A stretch of DNA of 61,354 nt. Source: Heterodontus francisci (Eukaryota). Shown here piece by piece: positions 26,043-35,831 of this stretch (positions are counted from its first letter, which is position 1; every line of letters starts with the position of its first letter). Position numbers and translations under genes: made by a program. The DNA is taken from the NCBI RefSeq assembly GCF_036365525.1, contig NC_090416.1, positions 14,421,591 to 14,482,944 on the forward strand, read 5' to 3'. The notes below the pieces were generated by a model. That model ran no database searches. It was given only the letters and a program-made list of their open reading frames with translations, and was not told where the DNA came from.

Positions 26043-28029
26043 GTAATTTCCACAAACATATCGTAAAGTGTGCCGACTTCAAGACTCCCCTTTTTTATAT
26101 ATATATATATATTTAGCATAAATCTTATCTGCCCCAGCTGAGCTTCCTTAATGGGTGGAAGTGCTTAGGTCAAATGTAGATGTGGCATTGGTAGAATTAA
26201 AGTGTAGAATGAGCGCCTCTTCTGCATTTAAAATAAAAATGTACACAGAAGCAACTACTGTATTAACAATCTGGAACTAGTGCCACTGGAGGCGCCTAAA
26301 TGCTCATGCTACAAATTGCAAAATTCAGAGAGTTTGATAGTTCAGACATCGCTTTTCTGGATTTGCAAGAAATCCACTCAGTTTTCACTCTCTTGCTGTG
26401 TTGTTTTATTTTTGCTCAGGTGGTCAGTGCTGATGACCCACTTGGGTGGCTGGCTTGAGATGTGATACTGAGACCAAAGGACTGGATGTATTTGACCTGC
26501 AGTTGAAGGCGTGTGGTTGTGACGGGACCCCAGGAGGGGGAGTTCAGCAGCCACCACTGCTTTGTGTTAATATAGTTCTTTCACAGCAGGGAGGGGCAAT
26601 GATTTCCTCTCTGCACTATGCCAAAAAAAATTATAGATCTGTTATTAAAAACCATAAAGGCCATCTTGAAGCTGAGTAAGTAACATTGTAGGAGAAATTT
26701 CCACAACCTTTTTAGCTTTGTTTTTCTTAGTCCTTAAGCTAATATTCCAGTAATAAAGTTACTCTTGATGTTTGAGTAGATGTTATTACTGTAGTATTGG
26801 TCTTTATTTTATCCTTGCAGTGCGTGAGCATAAGGGCAAGCAAAGCTGATTAGCCCAGAAAGATGAAAGTTTCCCTGACCCTGCTGGCAGTCTAAGGGTT
26901 AATGAGGTAACTCTCCACTTCAGAATTTAAGTGCACTTTGAAGTTTTTTTTTTAATGTTGCTGCTTGAAGAAACTTTTACCCATTGCGAGTGCTTTACCG
27001 ATGCTTTTAAGCTCACACTTCTATTGAACATGGTTGATTAGTCCCTCAGTTGCCCAGTCAACACTGACATTGACTGGTGCAGACCCCGGGTTCAGTTCAC
27101 AGTTGCGCACTGTCCTGCTCGTCTCTGGAGTGGAATTTTGAGCTGTTGCAATTGGCCGTTGCAGCCTTGGGTTAGGATGGGGAACGTCTGCCGTGGGGGT
27201 GCCCGCCCTGCTGGAAAATGCACACGTGTCATCAGGTGAGGACAGGATCACTATTGTTGCTCCTGAGTGCCAAGGTTAACATGCAGATGATGGCCTTGTG
27301 GGTGAGGTACTGGAGGGAGCCATATATATATATATATATATAGGAATAGAGAACTGCATCCCTGGTTGCTGATGTGACTTTCCGCTTTTGTCCAGAACAG
27401 TTGCAAAGTTATGTTAATTTATCGAACACGTCTTCCTGCAGAATTTGGAAAGAAAAATACAACCACAACTTTCAGATACTCATGGGATAGCACAAGGCAT
27501 TTACCAATGTAGTTTTATTGTGACTCTCAGTCTATGTTAATAATAAATACTCTGAATTCCCTTTGTTAAACCCGAGGTAGTGATGTAGTACTGCAATTGA
27601 CTTCAGTGCCCCTGTTTTGTGGGCAAGGGGCACTGAAGCTAAGGTCCCAGCCCCTGGTCACTATCCAGTGGTCCAGTCTTGGTAAAATGCATGTGTGTTG
27701 GTTTTGGATGAGGATGTTGTCGTGCTTGACTGTGATTTCCAACCCCCACATGGTCAAATAGTCGAGCCTAGTTCTGTTCATACCCGATACCCATATGCGT
27801 GCTGCCTCCAGCAGGGGTCACAGGCCTCCAACTGGTAGCAGGCACCCTGGGACCCCTGTCCTCTTGGCCCAGGGGGTTCTGAGGCTAATTATAACTTTGC
27901 AGTTGCTGTTCAGGCTGAACTCTGCACAAAATGGACTTCAAACCTTCATTTCACTACTAGATCAACACAAAAGGAGCTTGCCAAGGACCTTCTTCCTCCA
28001 GCCTCCATCTTTTCACAATGAGTTTATTC

Positions 28030-28495
28030 AGAACGCTCTATGAATGATACTAGGGGCTAAAAGGGTTAAATTATGAGGGCAAAATAGACTTGTATTCCCT
28101 CAAGTATAGAAGATTAAAGGGTGATCTAATCGAGGGGTTTAAGATCATTAAAGGATTTGATCGGGTCGATAGAGAGAGACTGTTTCCTCTGGTGGGGGGA
28201 GTCCAGAGCAAGAGGACAGAACCTTAAAATTCGAGCCAGGCCGTTCAGGGGTGATGTCAGTAAGCACTTCTTCACACAAAGGGGAGTGGAAATCTGGAAC
28301 TCTCTCCCTCAAAAAAAAAAAGCTGTTGAGGCTGGGGACTCAATTGATAATTTCCAAACTGAAATTTTTTGTGGGTAAGATATTTAGGATTACCAGCCCA
28401 AGATGAATTTAAGATACAGATCAGTCATGATGTAACTGAATGGCAGTACATGCTTTTGAGGGGCTGAATGGCCTCCTCCTATTCCTGTGTTTCTC
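28030..28495 (+). mobile_element. CR1 3' fragment
   Basis: Encodes ..KHFFTQRGVEIWNSLP..; ends in GGGCTGAATGGCCTCCTCCT tail. Confidence 0.8.
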
Positions 28496-29634
28496 TGATG
28501 GGATGATATAATTTGGAGAATAAAACCAGATAATTCCCTTTTGCTCCTTTCTATTTACAGTCGCTGAAGTTTGTGTGGGTTGATGTGGTAAAGACATTGC
28601 ACTGAAGTAGTAATTATGTTTGTGACTATCAGAGATGCCATTTTAATACTGGATTCCACCCCCCACCCCCATCTTTTCCAAACACCTCAACCAACAACAT
28701 GATTTTGTCCGTATCCTTCACAGCTGCTTGCCTGGAGTCTGTCCGTGAGCTGCTCCTTTTACGCTTGTGACGGTATTTATTAATTTTAAGAGTACATTGG
28801 AGACATCTAGTGGCATTGGAGAGTACAGCTTCTAACCTTTTTTCAATCGGGAAGTAAAATACAACCACAACTTTCAGATACTCACAGGATAGCACAGGGC
28901 TATTTTGTGGGTAAGATATTTAGGGTTAGCAGTCCAAGATGAATTTAAGATACATCTTTGCCCAGGATTGGAAGTTTCTGTTTGTAGTATTACTGGATGT
29001 AGTTTATGAAAATGGGATCGCCTGTGTGTGCAGTTTTTGTTTTTAAGGCAGCAATCGGGGATTACTTTTCCAGTGGGCTACTCCCAGAGCTAGGTTGGTC
29101 TTCCTGGTTTTACTTGCACTTGATAAATTAGGATTTGTGTGGAATTTTGCCCTTTTCTTCTTGGACTGTTCTGTGCAGTATTTCCTCAGGCTGCTGTTAA
29201 TTCAGCTGTTAATTCCAGGTCATTTCATTGTCCATCCCTGGCCGCCAGTGTGCTGCAACTGATAGAAATTCCACGGGGGGTGAGGTTGAAGTCACAAACC
29301 CACTTTGTATGACACAATGTATTGGCCCCTCAAGCCCTGTGCCAACCTCAAAACAAACAGCATCTGCTTAAATCTTTAGCAGCATATACCCCCCCCCTCC
29401 TCATGTGCCCCATCATCTGAGGAGTGCTGGCAATCTTCTGGTGTCGCTGTTGTGTAACACCCCGGGCTTTATTTTCACTGTGAAAGTTGCACAAGAGGGT
29501 GGAAATAGTGCGTTAGAATGAGGCACCAAGCACCGTTCACTCTCTCAATTTTAGAGGGAGACTGGCAGGCAAGTACTCTGATTATAAAGTCTCGCACTCC
29601 CAACATCTTCATTTTCTCTCCTTTTCAAAACTTA

Positions 29635-30880
29635 TAATCATAGGAACAGGAGGAGGACATCCATACCCTCAAGCTTGTTCTGGCCGATAGATGACCTAAG
29701 TCCACATTCCCGCAATTGTCCCATATCCCTAGAATTATTGTTATCCAAATGTATTATCAATCTCCGATTTTAAAATTAACAATTGATCCAGCATCAATTG
29801 CCATTTGGAGACTAGAGTTCCAAACTTCTATCATCCTTTGTGTGTCGAAGTGTCTCCTAATTTCACTCCTGAAAGGTCTGGCTCTAACTGTGCCCCCGAG
29901 TTCTAGACGCCCTAACTAGCGGAAATAGTTTCTTGCAATCTAGCCTAACTGTTCCCTTTAATATCTTGAAAACCTTGATCAAATTATCCCTTAACCTTCT
30001 AAGTTGCAGGGAATACAACCCTTGTGTGTAGTAATAAAAGCAAAATACTGCAGATGCTGGAAATCTGAAATAAAAACAAGAAATGCTGGAAATACTCAGC
30101 AAATCTGGCAGCATCTCCACAGATGCTGCCAGACCTTGTGTATGTAATCTCTCTTTGTAATTTAACCAGTGGAGTCCAGGTATCATTCTGGTAAATTTAC
30201 ACTGCACTCCCTCCAAGGCCAATATATCCTTAAGGTGTGGTGCCCTGAACTGCTCACAGTATTCCAAGTGTGGTCCAACCAGGGCTTTGTATAACTGTAG
30301 CATAACTTCTACTCCCTTGTATTCTAGTCTATTCTAGTGAATAGAGTAATCAAGATGAGGAATCTGAGAAATGTTCACATCACGTTAGGGTTATGGCCGT
30401 AAGAATAGAAGAAAAAGGGGCTGGAGTAGGCCATATGCCCTCAAGCCTACTCCAGCATTTTGTAAGATCATGGCTATCTTTTACATCAACTCCACCTTCC
30501 CACCTGATCCCTAAAACCTTAGATTTTTGGACACTAAGAGAATCAATCAATCTCTGTCTTGGACATGTTCAATGACTGAGCATCCAGAGCTCTCTGGGGT
30601 AGAGAATTCCAAAGATTGACAGCCTTCTGAGTGAAGAAATTTCTCCTCATTTCAGTCCTAAATGGTCAACCCCTTATTCTGAGGACTTGACCACCTAGTT
30701 CTAGACTCTCCAGCCAAGGAAAACATCCTCTCAGTATCTGCCCTGTCAAGCTATCTCAGAATTTTATTTGTTTCAATGAAATCACCTCTCCTCCTTCTAA
30801 ACATGAGATTATAGGCCCATTCTACTCCATCTCTCCTCATAGGACACCCCTCTCATCCCAGAAATCAATCTAGTGAATCA
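29635..30880 (-). mobile_element. Two minus-strand CR1 fragments; the first carries a nested Penelope-derived insert (30028-30133)
   Basis: ORF 29884-30303 (LYKALVGPHLEYCEQF..) is interrupted by an insert flanked by CCTTGTGT direct repeats. Confidence 0.8.
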
Positions 30881-31340
30881 TTCTTGGGTCAGTTGAGATA
30901 AGTTTTTGGTAATCTATTCACACTTTTCCTCTGTTGTCCTGGTGTTTACTTTTAATTTGAGGAAAGCATCCCATGGCGCCAGTGTGACCCTTTTCATTCT
31001 CTTTTTGTCCTAAAAGCAGAATGTTGGAAATAGCCAACAGTACCTAAATGAGAATTGGGTTAAGGATTCAGCTGGAACCCTTTCATCCAGGCGTTGCTTC
31101 TCGTTCAGATCCTGACCGACCATCTCCAGCAGTCTCTGCTTTTAATTCTGGTTTCCAGTGTTATTCCTTTTCCAATTTATAATGTGCTTTGCCATCTTGT
31201 GTCTTGTGGAAGAGAGGAGCCTTCAATCCTCTCTGGTAAACGGACAGTGCGCGACAGTGCTGCATTCCCCAAGATTGTGCTTTTACATGTCTGGCTCTTT
31301 TCCGAGTGAACTCTTTAACTTTTTGTTTTCCCCAATTTAG

Positions 31341-31517
31341 GTGCAACAGAGGAAGTGGTAACTGCGGATTCGGTCGATTCAGCAATTCAACAGGTTGTAG
31401 GGAGTGGAGGTCAGAGGGTCATCACCATAGTGACAGATGGCGTACAGCTGGGTAACCTTCCAGCGGGCATTAACACTTGCCAGCCATTCATTGTGACTAT
31501 GCAAGATGGGCAACAAG
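31341..31517 (+). CDS. GABPB2: GABPB2 coding exon 6
   Basis: (G)[58 protein letters not shown]; 177 nt, phase 1/1. Confidence 0.94.
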
Positions 31518-31979
31518 GTATCTCTCCTCGAGCAAGGAACCATTGTGGTCCAGAATTGAGTTTCATTGGGTATCTGGAGGTGTTGAAAAACTTGAAATGG
31601 ACTTATTCTCCTCCCGTCTGCTCTTCTCATTTCACTCCCCTTTCCCCACTTCTCTCCCTCCCTTCTGAAGGCATCAGCTCTGTTGGTGGAGGACACCAGA
31701 TTTCCACATGTGCTCTTTACAGGAAGAGTCATTGGATCGTAATCAAGAAAGTAGATCCCGGATTTCTTTCCCCCCACCCCCAGACCCAGCCCCTTTCTCG
31801 TCCTTTTCTGGAGAACTGAGGACTGTCTGGATGTACGTGCGTGATAGTTCACGGAGAGAGCCCAACACTCAGTAAAATTTATGCACTGCCTATCCAGTCC
31901 TGTGAGTCAGGTTAATGGAAATCTAAAGGCTGAAAATGTGCCCCATTTCAAAGTCAAATTGCCTTGTGCATATTCACCT

Positions 31980-32115
31980 GGTTCTGATGGAAGTCTCACA
32001 GACCTGAAACGTTTACTCTGTTTTTCTCTCCACAGATGTTGCCTGACCTGCTAAGTATTTCCAGCATTTTTTGTTTTCGTTTCACATTTCCAGCATCCGC
32101 AGTACTTTGCTTTTG
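31980..32115 (+). mobile_element. Penelope-terminus derivative with degenerate hammerhead
   Basis: GGTTCTGATGGAAGTCTCACAGACCTGAAACGTTTACTCTG..CCACAGATGTTGCCTGACCTGCT. Confidence 0.7.
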
Positions 32116-32698
32116 TGTTCACCTCATGTCTGTTTTACATAGGAGAGACAGCTAGTGTGTACACGTCACAGTCCTGTTTCCCTTTTTTAGCAAGCTGTGG
32201 ATTGCAGCCTTACCATCAGAGAGGATGAAATAAATTTGAATTTTCCTGTGTTAGGGCGGTGGGGGTGGGGTCACTTTAGTAGGCCCCAGCATCCCTGCAC
32301 TAGGGAAGGGGAACGTTCATCATGAGACCTTCTTGAATGAGCCTGGCTGGAAAATTCACATGTTTACACATCAGGTGGGGGAGGTTGGGGGTGGTTTAAG
32401 CTCAGCTGCGATGCCTCTACAGTTAGATAGTTCGTCAGCGCTCACTATCAGAGCTCAAGCAGAAAGAATAAATATTCGGGTGCGGTACCCGTGCATTTTG
32501 AGCCCCAGCACAGTTTTCAGAAGAGGAGGGTGAAAATCGTGGGGCAAATGCTGTTAATGACCATAGTGAGAAAAATGTTCAGATGCAGCACAGGCTAAAC
32601 AACAAGACAGAATACGGGTGCTGTCTACTTGTCAAAAGAGTTTTAGTTCTACTCGCAGAGACAGTATTACTCACCGGAATCCTATTCTTTTCCTTCAG

Positions 32699-32811
32699 TT
32701 CTGACAGTCCCAACCACCCATGTTGAAGAAGAGACCATCATCACGGAAGAAATGCCAACAAAGAAACAGTGTCTGGAGGAAGTCCTTAACCACTCGGAAC
32801 CAATAGAGAAG
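32699..32811 (+). CDS. GABPB2: GABPB2 coding exon 7 (not in the ORF track)
   Basis: (V)LTVPTTHVEEETIITEEMPTKKQCLEEVLNHSEPIEK; ccttcag acceptor, AAG|gtatat donor; frame is continuous with exons 6 and 8. Confidence 0.9.
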
Positions 32812-33396
32812 GTATATTGGCGTGCGCTCCGTCTGCTCTTTAAAGACAAAAAAGCCTTTTGATGTCCCTTTGCGCAACCTATTTGTCACCTTATCAAATG
32901 CAAGTGAAACATTAAGCCCTTGAGGTTGAAAAGTGCAGAAATGATCAGAGGTTATATTGTAGGACCTGCAAAATAAACTAAAACCATGGTTCTGTTTCCT
33001 AAAAGTAGCGGCAGGGTTAATAAGGTCATTTTTTTAAAACAAAAAAGCAAAGCACTGCAGTTCACTTCTAGAATTGAAAAACCAGAGAGGTTTATGTTAA
33101 ATTTGTACCGACCCTTGGTTTGACCACACTTGGAGTTAGTGTGCACAGGTCTGGCCTCCACATTATTAAAAAAAAATATATAACATCAAATAAAAAGGAT
33201 AAAAAGGCACTGGGGATGGTGCAAATAGATACCAGAACTGTGAAGTTATACTTGTCACAAAAGATTGAACAGGCTGGAGTTCTTGTCTCTAGAAAAGTCA
33301 AGTCTGAGGGGTGACCTGATAGAGGTTGTTAAAATTACCAAAAGGTTTGATAGGGTAGATGTTGAGAAGATGTTTTCAGTTGTGTGGGGTGGAGTG

Positions 33397-33759
33397 TAAA
33401 AGCCTGCTACCCGACCCAAACCCAGCGACGTGTCGGATTCAGGTCGGGTCGGGCCCCTCTTCCGGGTCCAGCTTTCAGGCTCGGGTCAGGTCGGGCCGAG
33501 TCCGGGTCGCGCTCAGGTCAGGCCGGGCCGGGCACACACGCTAAGTGCTCTGCCAGTAAGTATTAAAAATAAAAAACTTACCTGAGCTGGGAGTCTGGGA
33601 CAAAACTGAGTCTGCGCAGTGAGCAAGTGACATCATCACGCATGCGCTGCAGCTTTGTGGAGCTTACCAGTCGGAAGGTAAGTAAACAGATGGTCGGCTC
33701 GGGGCGAAATTGGAGGGGGTCGAGGTCGGGTTCTTTTTCCCAACCTGAGCAGGCCTTTA
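33397..33759. mobile_element. Non-autonomous hAT-type DNA transposon (MITE) nested in a CR1 fragment
   Basis: TIRs TAAAAGCCTGCT / AGCAGGCCTTTA; exact 8-bp TSD GTGGAGTG (33389-33396, 33760-33767); subterminal TCGGG/CCCGA repeats. Confidence 0.85.
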
Positions 33760-35109
33760 GTGGAGTGATTGTGCGGGGTGGGGTGTGGCGAGGGGCAAGA
33801 CCAGAATTATTGGCCATAAATATAAATAGTCACTAATAAACCCAATCAGGAATTCAGGAGAAACTTCTTTACCCAGAGAGTGGTGAGAATGTGGAACTTG
33901 CTTCAACCACTCCCTGTGGTAGCAATTAGCAGAGACGCATTTAAGAGGAAGCTGGCTAAACATGAGGGAGAAAGGAATAGAACGATACATTGACGGAGTG
34001 AGATGAAGAGTGGGTGGGAGAAGGCTCGTGTGGAGCAGAAACACTGGCATGGAGCAGCTATGTAATTCCATGCAACCAGAAATAGGAGTTTTTAACTAAC
34101 TCTCTAAGGGCCTCTGGTCATTACACAGTAGAACTGTCTTGCTACATTGCAGTGCCAGCTGGACCCTTGTGACATGCATGTCTGAGGCTGAGTTTCCTGA
34201 ATAAAATCTCATCAGTTGCTGTCGAGGTATATCCATAGGAAAATCTACCACAGGCGACATGATTGTTGTCTGTGGCCCTTTCACTTGTCAACAGACACAT
34301 TATGTTGCACGAAAGAGTAAATGTGTTGGGGGGGGTGGCGGTAACAAGTGAGTAATAATGCACAATGATAATTCAGTACCTTTTTCTCCAAGCAGAACAG
34401 TTGTTTGTGATGCTCCTATAATGCACTACAAAATGGTCATGAGATCTATGGCCCTCTCTCCCTCGTGCCCCTCTCCCTAGTCTCCCTCTTTCACATTAAA
34501 TATTAGACTGCGAGTACAGTTCAGCAGGGTGCTGTGAGTGCAGTAGGTTTTAAGTAAGCACTGACATAGGGAATTCAGAGTATAATTGTTTGTCAGTTGG
34601 GAAACTTTGCTTGCCAGTTTCAGGCTTCAGTTGAGATATATCCAGCATTTGGTTTTTGCCTCTACATAAACAACAAGTTCTACTTGTATTAGCCATGCTG
34701 TTTTTATCTATGTTGTAAGAAGATGCTTTTTTCTTTATTAAGAATGGTGCTATTTTGAGCTGCATTCAAAAATACTTTTAGCAAAATAAATAACAGACAC
34801 ATACTCCTGTCTCAGAAAAAATAGACTTGTGAAGGGAGTTTTACCCACAATTTTAAAGTTTAGTTGGCAGTCCTGGCAAAGGGAGGTGGCGAATGCTGTT
34901 CATCAATCAGTTATACGATGATTAAAGCAAAATATTACGGATGCTGGAAATCTGACATCCAAAGCAGCAGATGCTGGAAAACGCTCAGCAGGTCAAGCAG
35001 CATCTGTGCAGAGAGGATGAGTGAACCAAAGAGTTAACGCTTCACTTATAAAATCCCATGGTGGGTCCCAGTCGCACTTTTTAAAAAAATTCACCCATGA
35101 GGTTAATTC

Positions 35110-35495
35110 ATTCGTTCATTTGTGGGTGTCGCTATTGAGGCCTGCATTTATTGCCCATCCCTAAGGGCCCTTGAGAGGGTGATGGTGCGCTGCTGCCTTG
35201 AACCGCTGCAGTCCATGTGCTGTAGATGCACCCACAGTTAGGGAGGGAGTTCCAGGATTTTCACCCAGTGACAGTGAAGGAATGCCTGATATATTTCCAA
35301 ATCAGGATGCTGTTTGACTTGGAGGGGAACTTGCAGGTGGTGGTGTTCCCATTCGTCTGCTGCTCTTGTCCTTCTAGGTGGTAGAGGTCGCGAGTTTGGA
35401 AGGTTCTGTCAAAGGAGGCTTGGTAAATTGCTGCAGTGCATCTTGTAGTTGGCGCACACTGCTGCAACTGTGTGCCGGTGGTGGAGGGAGTGAAT
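35110..35495 (-). mobile_element. CR1/L2-group LINE 3' fragment
   Basis: Minus strand encodes ..TTCKFPSKSNSILIWKYI.. and ..WNSLP..LQRFKAAA..-like ORF2 C-terminus. Confidence 0.7.
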
Positions 35496-35528
35496 GCTTA
35501 AGTTATTGTTAAGGGTTTGTTGTTGCAG

Positions 35529-35831
35529 GACACGAATGACTGCTTGGAGAGGGAACTACTTCAGAAACAGCTCCATGAGGCAAACCGGAAAGCCCAGGAG
35601 TACCGACAGCAGCTGCTGAAGAAGGAGCAAGAAGCTGAGGAATACCGCATGAGACTGGAGGCCATCGCACGGCTCCATACCACAACTGAGGAGATCACTG
35701 TTGTGGAGGAGGTCACGGATGATGGCACTGGCACAGTTATCACCATGGCAACAGAGCTGGAGGGTCCTGAGACCACGGTGGAAACCATGGAGCAGCCCAC
35801 TGACATGGCGACAGAGACAGTGACTTCGTAA
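35529..35831 (+). CDS. GABPB2: GABPB2 last coding exon (coiled coil / leucine zipper)
   Basis: [52 protein letters not shown]; the eight exons total 1320 nt = 439 aa plus stop. Confidence 0.95.
   Translation, partial: DTNDCLERELLQKQLHEANRKAQEYRQQLLKKEQEAEEYRMRLEAIARLHTTTEEITVVEEVTDDGTGTVITMATELEGPETTVETMEQPTDMATETVTS

Noticed and set aside
26096-26112. (TA)n microsatellites here and at 27321-27342
   Set aside because: Ordinary simple repeats.
14781-35831. Assignment as GABPB1
   Set aside because: N-terminal residues, the longer acidic C-terminal tail and linkage to SSR2 favour GABPB2.
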